DNA of 63,988 nt, filler included, from Rhizaria sp. SCN 62-66 (Eukaryota), in the NCBI GenBank assembly GCA_001724265.1. It is 3 parts of 3 records of this genome, joined end to end, with 100 filler letters (N's around TTAATTAATTAA, not from the genome) between each part and the next. Parts side by side here need not be neighbours in the genome. Positions count along the whole stretch, not along the records: positions 26,403 to 52,590 come from MEDY01000411.1; positions 52,691 to 63,988 come from MEDY01000546.1; 1 more part is not named here. One strand, given 5' to 3'. The position numbers were made by a program, and so were the translations under genes. The notes below the pieces were generated by a model, which was not told the origin of the DNA, searched no databases, and was given only the letters and a program-made list of their open reading frames with translations. Positions 47,718 to 59,298 of this stretch are shown one piece after another; within the stretch, counting starts at the first letter, position 1; the number at the start of each line of letters is the position of its first letter.

Positions 47718-50700
47718 TCACGCCGAGTCGACAAAGCGGACAACGCGCTCGACGAGCCCCAGCGGGCGCAGCGGCGCAAGCGCGGCGGCGGCGAACACGG
47801 GCGCGACTGTGCCCGTAACGTACCACACGGCGTCAAACACCCCGCTGTTGATGCGCACGCCACTGGGCGAGCCGGGCGGGTAGTGGTTCGGCACGGGCGC
47901 GCGCTGCAGCACGTCGAGCAGCAGCTGCGCGAGCGCAAACGACAGCACGGCGCCCGTGGCGGCCACGGAGACGCCCGCGAGCGCGTTCTCGGGGTGCAAG
48001 TACCGCACCGCGAAGGATGTCAGGGTGACGAGCGCAACCCCCGTAAGGCCGGCGACGATGGCGGCGCACGGCAGCACGCCGACGCCGGCGTCCGCGGCCG
48101 TAGGCAGCGTGGTGAGGAAAAGCAGCAGCGCGAAAGCCACCGCGAAGCCCGTGGAGCGGGATCCCGCGGCCTCGGCCCAGCGCGCGCCCAGCAGAGCGCC
48201 AACCAGCAGCGCGCCGACGACGACGCCGAAGCGCACGTCGGCGGCCGCCGGGGTCACGTTGAGCGTGTGCACGAAGAACAGCGGGCCCGCGTTAAGCAGA
48301 CACAGCCCTGGCAGCGGGAGCAGCAGCGCCACGGCGGCGACGACCCACGCCTGCCACGTCGCGCACAGGTCAGACAACGGCAGCGGCGAGAAGTCGCCCT
48401 CGAAGTCGAGCGGCTCGTCGCCGATGTCCAGCACCGCGAACTCGCCGCCACCGGGTACAGCAGCAGCGGCGGCAGCGGCACTAGAAGCGCCCGTCTTGGC
48501 CGCGCCGTCGCTGTCGCCGTGCGCGTTGACCGCGTGCGAGAGCGCGTTGTTGGGCACGGGGTAGAGCGGCGCGGGCGGCGGCGGCAGCGGATAGCGCCGG
48601 CTGCTTCCGCCGTCGTCCTCGTCGTTGTCGTTGAGGTTGGCCAGGCCCAGCTCGAACGCGGTATCATTTGCGTCTGTGGCGTCGTTATTATTGTTGTTGT
48701 TCTTGTTGCTGTTCTGAGTAGCGCTAGAGTCGTTAGGGTGCGCATTGAGTGTCGCGCCGCCAGTCGCGCCTGCAGAAGACGCGGCGTCGGGCGAAGCTGC
48801 GGCCGCGACCGCCGCGAAGGCCGCCGCGGCGTCGGCGCCCTCCTCAGCGGCCGAGTCGTCCTCAAGCTGGTCGTCATAGGCGTCGACGCCACCCTGACCG
48901 CCACTGACGCTGCGCCGACTGCCGCCAGACGTTGCGCCGCGGCCCGTCTGCTGCAGCCGCGCGCGCTGGGGCGTCATCGCAGCGTCGCCGCCGGTGTGAC
49001 GCTGTCCACTGCTGCCGCTGCCGCTGCCGCTGCCGCTGCTGTTCACCGCGCCGTTGCTGTTGCTGTTGCTGTTGTGCGCCTGGTGCGAGCCTGCGCCGCG
49101 GAGGCTGTAGCGCGCGCTGCCCGGCGCCGCGGGCGGCTTGCCGTCCCCACTGGCGGCGTCGGCGGCCTGGCGCTGAAGTGTGGCCGTCACGAGATCCACG
49201 TCGCGCGGGCCGGTAAACCAGCGCGGGTCCACCGCGGGCGGCTGCGGCGTCGTCTGCCGCTCCGTGTCGACTGGGTGCACGGCGCGGTCGCTGCTGACGC
49301 CCACCGCGGTCACCACAACGCCAGTGCCGGACGGACTCGTCACACCGTTGCCGTTGCTGCCGTTTCTACCGCTGCCGTTAGAACCATTGCCATTGCTGCC
49401 GGCCGCGTCGGCGGTGGAGGGACTAGCGCCGGCGGTGTCGGTGGCGCCTGCAAGGCGCTTGAGGGACGCGAGCGTCATGGGCGTGACCTTGCGCACCTTG
49501 GTCAGCAGCGCGATGGCGCCCCGACCCGCCGCGCCGGCGCCCGCGCTCATGGCCGCCGCGACGCCGCTGCCGGGGCCCGCCGCCGTGCGCACGGAAACTC
49601 TCGCGCCGCCGGGAGACAGGGACGAGGCCGAGGAGCGGCCGCGGCCACCGCGGAAGGCCGTCGCGAGCTCCACCTCAACGGCGTCGCGGTGAATGGCCTG
49701 TTGTTGAGATATAACAAAAGACGAGACACGATGTACAAGATGAGAGAGATGGAGGTCAAAATCGATTCATATAGTGGATTACACAAAGTTATTGATACAT
49801 CATATTTTAGAGAGTCTTCATATTAGTCCAATTTAATTGTTGATACATTGTTGTGAGAACATACCTCTTCCTCGGTGGCAAACTCGCCATAGCCGCGGCG
49901 GATGCGCGTCGAAAAGCGGCCCTGCAGCCTCTTACGGAACGCATTGAGCCGCGCGAAGCTGAGCGGAAAGCGCCTGCGCGCGGGCGCCGGCCCGTCCTCG
50001 TCGTCCGCGTGCACGTGGCCGTCGATGCCGTCGGCGGCCGAGTCCACACCACCGTTGTGGTGGAGTCCGTCGCCGTCGGCGTCGCCGTAGCCGCGCCCGG
50101 GCGAGTTGGGCATTGGGTCGTTGCCGTCGCCCGTAGCGCCCGACACGCCACCCGCGCCAACGCCGCCGCGCAGCGACGCGAAGGCCTCAGAGAATATGGA
50201 GTTTGTGCGCATGTGCAGTTTGATCGCCTCCGTCAGCAGCGGCGAGGGCAGCAGGTAGAAGAACCGCAGCGGGAACGCGAAGAGCGCAGCCAGGCACGCG
50301 TGCGCGGCTGAGGCGAGCGGCGCGCCCAGCGCAGTGGCCATGAAGGGCGTCAGCAGGCGGGACAGCCCGGCACCGACGGCGGCCGACACGAGCAACAGCG
50401 CGGTGGTAGTGGCGGGCATGTCTAGGAACCAGGACGCGCTGAGCTGCAGCGCCGACACTAGCGCGGCGCCCAGCGCGATGCCGTAGACGGGCCCCGCGGC
50501 GAGGACGTACGCCGCGGGCGCCGGGGACGCCAGGGCAAAAGCGGCGGCGATGCGGGCCGCGACGAAGAGAAACAGCGCGAGAGTGTAGGTGGCGCGCGGG
50601 GAGAGCGTGCCGCGGAGCGTCAGCGGCAGCGACAGCGCAATGGCGATGCCGCAGAAGAGCGGGCGCAGCGACGCCGCCGTGTTCACGTCGACGGAAGTTA

Positions 50701-51385
50701 AGCCGCGCTGAGCCTTGACGACCGAGGGCGTGTAGGTCGCCTCGAAGCACAGCGAGGGGCCGAGCAGCAGAGCGAAGGCGACGGAGGAGGCCAGGAAGGC
50801 GCAGCGCCAGCGCCACGAGTCGAGAGCCAGCCAGTCGGACTCGCCGTCCACGGCGCCGCCGCCGGCCTCCGCGCCGCCGCCGCCGCGCCCGCCCAGGCCG
50901 TAGCCGGCGCCGGAGGACGAGGACGAGGACGAAGAGGAGCGGGGCTGTGTGCGGGCTGCGAAGATGGCGGCGTCGGCAGCGTCGAGCTCGTCGAACACGT
51001 CGTTGGCGTCCAGCGCCGCGCTCAGCGAGGAAATGTACGCCGCCGTCGCGGTAACGGACGCGGCAGAGGATGGCGCGCCGCCACTGCCGCGGGCGGGAGA
51101 CAGCTGCTGCTGTCCTTGCTGCTGCTGCTGCTATTGCTGCGAGGCTGCGGCGGCTGCGGCTGCGGCGGCGGCCTTGGTGCGAGGGGCGATGATGGTCTCA
51201 ATGTCGTCGTCGTCCTCGTCGCCGATGATGCCGGAGCCGGCGTTGGCGGCGATCGCGCCACTGCTGCTGCTGCCCGCGTTAAGACCGGCTGCGCTAGCAG
51301 CGTTGGCGCTCAGGCCTCGCTCATGGTCGTCGTCGTCGTGCAGCGCGGACGAGCGCAGCGCGGTGAAGCGGGCGGGGCGGGACAT
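47718..51385 (-). CDS. Divergent MFS-like transporter with a very large central loop, ~1166 aa; exons 51385-49865, 49697-47718; in-frame TAG in a poly-Gln tract
   Basis: Two bundles of about six hydrophobic helices. GPVYGIALG...SASWFLD and DLCATWQAW resemble OFA/MCT-type MFS features. Phase-0 GTATGT...CAG intron. TGA stop. Confidence 0.75.
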
Positions 51386-52314
51386 GCGTCAGCAAACAGG
51401 ATGTGTCGGTGCGCAGTCCGCGTTGAGAGAGTTAGGAGGGAAGTGCTTTTGCAATCTCTCTTTCTCGTACTTCTTGGTGGAGCCACAAGAGACGGAGCGA
51501 GGTGGGGGGCGGACGTGCGCCGGGAGAAAAGGAGAGCGGTTCAGTCGGCCGGTGCGTTGCAGTGTATACAACGATGGGTCTACTAGGCCGAAGGCGCGCG
51601 CTGTTGCGGGCCGAGCGAGGGCCGAGCGAGATGTGGGCGCAATGAGTCGCATTTGACGAAGTATCGGATAGAGGAGAGATGAAAGCGAGAAGATTTCAAT
51701 AGAAGACAGGTAAGATACAGAGATTGAGCAAAGCAAGCGGACCGTATATGCCACAAACAATGTACCAGTGCCACGATGATCGTCGTAGCTTCGGTGTCGA
51801 CCGACTTGTGGGCGACGGCGGAGGATGCCGATAACGGAGGCACGTCACTCTCACTCCATGTCTGAATCAGCAGTCGAGTTCGTGGGGTTCCTAAGAGATA
51901 TTGCGCAAATCATATTGATATGGAAATCTGAAAAACACAGCTAGACGAATAGTCGAAGGACACGTGCAGAATACGATAGTGCGTCGTCGATTTATCTTTG
52001 TAAAGTTGTTCAGATTGCCAAGGCCAGCGGTGTCAGCCTTGCGGTCTCCGCGCGCCGGCCGCACGACCAGACGGAACCCGCTCAAAGCCGTTGAGAAACG
52101 GACGATATGTATTTCAAAGCGAAACATTTCAGGTATCAGAGCTTATGGCAGAGATCAGGCAGTAACATGTTGTCCGAAGTGAGAGTGTATTTGTTGACAC
52201 ATTCAATGAGAGATTATCTATCGTATGATGAGGACCGGCGACACCGCCCGGAGGGAGCAACCCCCCGCGACGGGCGCCGGCGGCGGCGAGATCTTTCCGA
52301 CGACGTTGTGCTGC

Positions 52315-52590
52315 TTAGAAGCGGAGCTTCTGGAAGAAGTACTGAACACCAGTGGAGTGCTTGGCGCCACGGGCGATGTACTTGGCGGAGAAGGCACGGC
52401 GGACGCGGGCAACGATCTTGTCGCGGCCAGCACCGGCGTTCTCGACCTTCTGGGGCACAACGATGTCGTTGAGCTTGATGTCGGTGGCCGAGTAGCGGGT
52501 GGGCATGATGTGCGCGGCGTTGATGTTCTTGACGAAGACCTTGATGGAGGACTTGCGCATGATGGTGGTCTTGCTCATGGTCTTGGAGAC
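52315..52590 (-). CDS. RPL27: 60S ribosomal protein L27 (eL27), C-terminal part cut by the contig end
   Basis: KSSIKVFVKNINAAHIMPTRYS...YFFQKLRF* is the characteristic eL27 C-terminus. Confidence 0.93.
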   Translation of the reverse strand, partial: VSKTMSKTTIMRKSSIKVFVKNINAAHIMPTRYSATDIKLNDIVVPQKVENAGAGRDKIVARVRRAFSAKYIARGAKHSTGVQYFFQKLRF

Positions 52591-52690
52591 NNNNNNNNNN
52601 NNNNNNNNNNNNNNNNNNNNNNNNNNNNNNNNNNTTAATTAATTAANNNNNNNNNNNNNNNNNNNNNNNNNNNNNNNNNNNNNNNNNNNN
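52591..52690. other. Artificial contig spacer
   Basis: 100-nt block of Ns containing TTAATTAATTAA (52635-52646). Confidence 0.98.
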
Positions 52691-55600
52691 CGGGTGCGCG
52701 CCGCAGGGACGGGCTGCACGAGGCGCTGCTGATGGGCTTTGCGCCGCAGGTCCAGGAGCGGCTCGCCGCCGGGGAGGGCGACGAGCTGGCGGCTGTGGCG
52801 ACAGCGCAGGGCCGCGAGGCGCGGCGCGGGGCGCGCAGCGCGCGCGCGGGCGCCGCTGCGGCCGCACGGAGGGCCGGGCGCGCCGCTGTGCACGCGCTCG
52901 AGGCACACACGGCACACGCTTATCACTCTAAACGCGGCAACGAGCGCGGAGCACGTGGCGGTGGATGTCGTGCGTGCGCGCGCAAAGCGGCGGTCGTGGC
53001 CGCGGGCGCCGCTGCCGTGGCCGCCGCCGAGGCCGAGGTCTCCGCGGCGGCTGCGGCGGAGGCGGCTGAAGCCGCGGCCTTCGCAGGCGTGCCGGGTTGG
53101 GCCGCGGCGGCCGAGGAGGAGGCCGTGGCCGTGTGGGCCGCGGCGGCCGCTGCGGCGATCGCGGGGGCTTTCGCGCCGCAAGTGACCGTGAGCGCCGTGA
53201 GTACCATGGTTACCGTTGGTACCGTCAGTAACAGTAGCTCTGGAGTAAATACTTCGACTGCTGGGATGAACAACAGCAGCAGCAGTACCGGCTCTCAGAT
53301 GATTGCGTTCGCCCCGTCCTCATCGTCGTCGTCTTTGATGCTTAAGGGGGGCGCTACTCACACGAGTGTAAGTGTGCTGCCGATGACTGCCGCGGTGTGG
53401 GGAGGCTCTGACTGGGCTACCGGCGACAGCACTGCCGCGATCAACAACACCTTTAACTACAACAACAGCAGCAACAGTAGCGCTGCGAATGATGGCGCTT
53501 TGCTGTTGGTAGCGCCGTCGCCGCTGCTGCAGTCAATGCAGCAGCCTCTGTCTCCCCGCATCACCGCTAACAGCACTGATAACGCCACACCTGCGAGCGC
53601 CAATAGCAACGTCAGTGCAAGTGCGAGCGCGACCGCGAGCGCCATGGCGACTAGCGCGGCCAGCCCGAGCCCGAGCCCGCGGTTCAGCCCCAGTGCCAGC
53701 CCTTGGCTCGGCCCACAGTCTCTCACACAGTCGCAGTCTCAGTCTCAGCTGCAGCTGGCGCCGTGTAAGGGCCTCCCCGCGTGTAAGGGTTCCTTCGACG
53801 CCGACGCCGGCGCCGGCGCGGCGCTGGCGTGCGGGTGCGCGTGCCAGTGCAAGTGCCGGTGCGCGCAGCTGTGGACCCGGAGGCTGCAGCCGCACGCGCT
53901 GACCACGACGCCGACGCCGCTGCCGCCGCCGCCGTCGTCCTCGGCGACACAGCAGCCGCAGCCGCTGCGGCCGCCGTCGCTGTCGCAGGCCCCCTCTGCG
54001 GCCGAGTCTGCACTGCAGCAACAGCAGGAGCAGCAAGAGCCGCACGGGCACAACCAACAGCAACAGCAGCAGTTTGTGTGCTGTGGCGTCTGCGGCGGGG
54101 CCGTCCTATCAACATCGTCATCGTCGTCAGCGTCTTTATCATCGCTCTCTGTTGCTGGCGCTGTCGCCGGCGTGGAGCACGGACTCGTGCGGGAACCCGC
54201 GAGGGAGCACGTGAGGGACCGTGGGCACGGGTACTGGGCGTACGGCGGCGTGCGCGAGAACGCTGTGCTGCTGGTTGACACTGACGCCCAGTCACAGTTG
54301 CAGTTGCAGCTCCAGCTCCAGGCACAGTCGCATTCAGCCTCAGCCGCAGACAATAGCTCTGGTAACGCGATCGTGAACACGGACGGGGATGCTGCTAACA
54401 GCGACAACGTCAATCCTCCGACGAATGCGGCCACTGCAGCGTTGACTGTAGCAACGGCAGTGACTCCGTTCGGATGCTTACCGACGCCGGTACCGCTGCC
54501 GCTGTCTTTGCGCACACGGTCACTCTGCTCACGGTCACTTCGCTCACGGTCATTCTGCTCCTGCCCTGCACCAGCGGTGTCGACCCAAGCCACTGCAAAC
54601 GACGGGGCCAGTGCGAATGCGAGCGTGAATGTGAGTGTTAAGACTGTGCCGCTGGCGGAGATCCCCTTGCATTTCCCCTTGGCGCTGCCATACCGTCCCT
54701 TGAGCGGCACTTACACCGCCGACGGGGTACTTGGACAGGCTAACGACGAGACCCTTACACGGAATCGTCGCTGTCGTCGCCGCCGCGGTAGTAGCCGCCG
54801 CATCAACGTGGCGACTCCTTTAGCCAGTCTGAGCGCGAACCTGGCCCGTCTAAGTATCCCCTTAGCCGGTGTAAGCGCCCTGCACCTGGAGGACGCTTCG
54901 CCCGCGCTGCTGCGCTCGCTGCTGGCGGCGCCCGCGGCCACGCTGGCGCCCGCCGTGGCCGCCGCAACGGGCGTGGCGACTGCCCTGCCCTATAGCCACA
55001 ACAACGCTCTCAACAACAGCAGTTGCGGCTGTCTCAGCGACGATGATAGTGACTCGTGCTCGAGCTATGACTCCGACTCTGGCTCTGGTTCCGGCTCTTA
55101 TGATAGTTACGACTCTGAGACCGAAGCTGAGCGCGAGACTGTAATTGGAGCCAAGTCTGACTCTGACGGTGACTCCGACGGCGACGATGACGAGTGCGAG
55201 TGTGAGTGCGAGTTTGATTACCTCGGCAACGACTCTGACTCGGTCTATAGCAACGGCTCTCTGAGTGAACACGACGATTACCATGACGACGATGACGGCG
55301 ACGGCGATGGTGACGACGGCAGCTACTCTCGTCGCCGTCGCAGTCGCCGCTCTCGCCGTTCTCGCGTTGCGTCGGTCGAAGTTCAGCAGCCCTCTGCGTG
55401 GGAAGTTAAGCCGCACCTGTCGCACCGGTGCAGCGTTGGCCCCGCTCCTGTGCTGCCCCCTTACTCCATCCCACAGTCGCAATTGCCGTCGTCGTCGCAC
55501 TCGCCCCGTGAGAGAGGCATCAGCGGCACCACCAAGAGCAAGGCAAGGGCTGCCGCCGCCGCCGCCGCCGCCGCCGCTGCCGGGTCTAGCCCCAACCTCA

Positions 55601-58600
55601 ACTCGAGCACCAGCGCTAGCAGTGGCACGGTCGTTGTTTCCGGTGCTGATCTATCGCCGCAGTCTCTGGCGCGCGCAAAATCGCATCCCCACACCGTCAG
55701 CAACAGCAACAGCAGCGCGGACGTTGCTGTTAGCGCGAGCTCTAGCACTGCTGCAGCTGCGAGTTCGAACAGTGCGCTGCTGCTGCCGCCGCAGCCGCTC
55801 ACTTCGTCTCTCTCAGACGGCGGCGCGAACAAGAGCGCTAGCAATAACACAAACAGCACCGAATCAACCACCGCTGCCGCTGATACCGCCGCTGCCACCG
55901 CTGCTGCTGCTGCTTCAGCGCTATCACCGCCCCAGTCCCCCACTGTGTCCCCATCAAGCAACAACAACAACGATGCGGCCAGCGCCAGCACCAGCAGCAC
56001 ATCATCCTCCACAACCGCGACCGCAGCGACGACGGCGACAGCGCCGCGCCGCCGCTCCCGCCTGCCGTCATCGCCCGGCGCCGGCGCGCACCCGCCGGCC
56101 GCGCGCGCGCCCCCGCGGCCGCCGCTGCCCGCGACGCCCCCGCTGCTGGCCGCGCCGCCGCTGCCGTCGGCGCAGCGCCGGTGGGCGCCCGACCTGCCGC
56201 CGCTGCCGCCGCTGCCCGCGCTGCTCAGCCCGCTCGGCGGCCCCCACGGCGGCCCCCATGACGACGGCGACCGTGGGCAGCTCGACAGTGATAGCGTTAG
56301 TGACGGTGAATATGGAGGCGCTGGAGTGATGCCGGCGGCCCTGTGGTTTGCCGCTGTGCGCGCGGTCCTGGGCTGTCCGCAGTGGGGCTACTGCGACACG
56401 GTGCCGGCCGCGCACGTCGTCACCGCCGCCGCGCTCTATAACAGCAGCAACAGCAGTGACAACAGTAACAACCAGAGCAATGCGAGTAGTGCGAGTGTCG
56501 GTGATAGTTCAGTTGCGAGTCAAGAGAAGGACACTGAGCAAGAGCGTGAGCGCGAGCAGAGGCAGAGGCAGGAGTTGTTTCTCATGCTTCTGCTGCCGCC
56601 GCTGCCCGCCGCCGCGCCAGCGACCGGCGCCACTCACCTCGCGCAGGCCTCCTACTTAGCCGCGACTAAGGGGCACTTAGACATCGCGGCTAAGTACTCC
56701 AGCCCCGCACTGTCCCGCACCATCAGCCACGTCAGCACCACGATCGGCGCCGTCGCTGCCAAATACGACGGTCGCGGTAGCCGCGGCCGCAGTCAGAGTC
56801 GCCAGAGCTCTCGCCAGCCCGCCCTGGCCATCGACCCCGTCAGTGTTGCCCTCGCCGCGGCGGCCGCGCGCGGGGGTTGCGCGCGCAGCGCCGGGCTGGC
56901 GGCAGCGGCCTCGCTGTCGTACGGGGCGGCGCTGGTCGCGCTCGCGGAGCACTACTGCCGCGCAATCACCGCCGCGTCCGGGCTGCTGGCGCCGCCGCCC
57001 GCGCTGCTGCAGACCACGAACAGCAACGCGAACAGCAGTGGCAGTAGCGGTGGCGCTGTTGACCCAGACGCCGTCCCCGCCGGTTCCGCCCCTAGCGCCG
57101 CCGCGAGCGCGAACTCAAGCGCTGGCGTCGCCAACGGTAGCGCTGAGAGCTCCCACTGCGTGGCCGTGGCCGGCGGTGTGGCGCCCCCGTCGGTGGTGCG
57201 CGGCGGCTGCCGGCGCGCCGACGCGGCGCTGCTGGCCGTGGCGCTCAGGGAGGCGCTCACGGTTGCGCTGGCGGGCTACCGCGCCGCCAGGGCCAGGGCC
57301 AGGGCCAGTGCTTCCGCCAGCGTGAGCGCGAGTGCCGGCGCCAACGCGAGGCCAGCTGCTGCTGGTGCTGCTGGTGCTGCTGTTGGCGCCGTGGCGCCTG
57401 CTGCTGTTTCTAGCAGTAGCGCAAGCAGTAGGCGTGTGTGCTGCGGGGGCAAGTGTGAGGGGGTGAGGTCTAAGAGCGACGTTAGCGACAGCAAGATCTC
57501 CAGTGATATCGAACACAACGATGCAGCTAAGTCTCCTGCTGCTGCTACTGATGTCACCGCGACCGCGACTGCTGGTTCTGTTGCTGCTGCTGCTGCGAGT
57601 CGCCCTCGCTCTCGCACGCACCGCCACGCTGCGCTGCTGCAGCAGCACTACGCCTCGGTTCTCCGCTCAGACTCTGGCGCCAACAATGGCTCTAACTCTG
57701 GCTCTGGCTCTGGCTCTGGTTCTACTGCTGCTGCTGTGTCGAGTGCCGGTACCGGTGCCGCCCACAATTTCTTCGTCGACGTCTCCTCGCTCCCGCCCCT
57801 TGCCAGCGCTCATGGTCACGGCGACACCGACGACGGCGAGAATGTAAGTGGCAGCGGCGACGGTGGCGGTGATGTAAGGGTGGGCTCGGCCGGACAGGCG
57901 CTGTGTCTGCGCAGCCGGACGCTTCCGCTGCTGCCGCTTGCGCGCGCACTCACTCCGCTTCAGCCTGCAACGACAGGTACTACAGCTACCACTGCGGTGC
58001 AGTCGAGTGCGTCTGCGGCGGAGAGTACCACGAGCAGCAGCAGTAGCTCTGGGAGTGTAAGTACCTACTTTGACGACGGGTCCTTTGCGCTGTCTGAGGC
58101 CGAGGTCGCCGCGATTTATGCGTGGCGCAAGAAGTGCGCCGCCGAGTCTAAGGGGGTACTTACCCAGTCTAAGGGTGCGCTTACCCCTGCACAGTCCGAC
58201 TCGCCGCCGCTCGCGCTCGCGCCGGCGTCGCGTGTGCTGCTGTCCTCTGTCGTCTTCGCCACCAACACGCCCAGCACGATCACGATCGCGAACATGGGCG
58301 CGGGTGCGAATAGTGCCACGGGCACGACGACTGGCACGACCACTGGGACTAGCTCTGGCTCTAGCTCTAGCGCTAGTGCGGGTGCGAGTAGTAATGGGGT
58401 GATGTCGCTGTTGTCCGTCGCGAGAAACAGCGGCAGCAGCAGCGGCAGTACACCCGTGCTCACGGTCACCGCCCCCAGCGACAGTGACTCCTCGGACCCT
58501 GCAGCCAAGACAGCTGACCACAACAACAACAGCAGTGTGCCCGGTAAGGACAATAACGGCGAAGCGGGTGGCGACTATGACGAGCTCTGTTTGCCGCCAC

Positions 58601-59239
58601 TGCCTCTGCCTCTGCCTCTGCCTTTGCCGTTGTCTGCCAGCGGTGGTCTCACTGGCAACGGCAACGGCAACGGCAATCTCAACGGTTGTCCGCTGTACAA
58701 GCCTTCGTCGCGTGCGCCGTCCCCGAGCCACTCACCCTCAGTCTCCCCGTCCATCTCGCCCTCGTTGACCGCTCTCGCCGCGATCACCACTGGCGGTGTC
58801 ATTGCTTCCGGGAGTCTGAGTGCGCCGGGCTCGGGTCTAAATACCCCCTTACACCACGCGATCAGCGACCCCGAGTTGGAGACCTCGCCGCTCTCAGCCA
58901 CGCTCGCCTCGGGCCCCCGCATCTCCTCGCCGCAAAAGGACCTCTCTGCCGCAGCTACGACCGCTGGCACTGGTGCTGCTGCTGCTGCTGCTGCTGAGAG
59001 TAGTAGTAATGAGATGTTGCGCAAGGCGTACAGCGCCGCGGCTGCGGACGCCGCTGCCAAGGCCGCTGCAGTCGCGGTCGCCGCCGCCGTCGCCGCTGCC
59101 GCTGCCGCCAAGGCCGCCGCCGGAGATGCCGCCGCCGCCGACGCCGCCGCCGCCGCCGCCGATGCCAGTACAGCCCGCACGCCGGTCGCCACCCCTGTGT
59201 CTAGCCCCAACAAGAACAAAAACAAGGGAAAGAGTCATG

Positions 59240-59298
<59 letters not shown>

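Noticed and set aside
44626-51385. Pyrrolysine or selenocysteine recoding as the cause of the in-frame stops
   Set aside because: Sec uses UGA, and Pyl is not known in eukaryotic nuclear genes. The poly-Gln context and the absence of TAG terminators fit general reassignment better.
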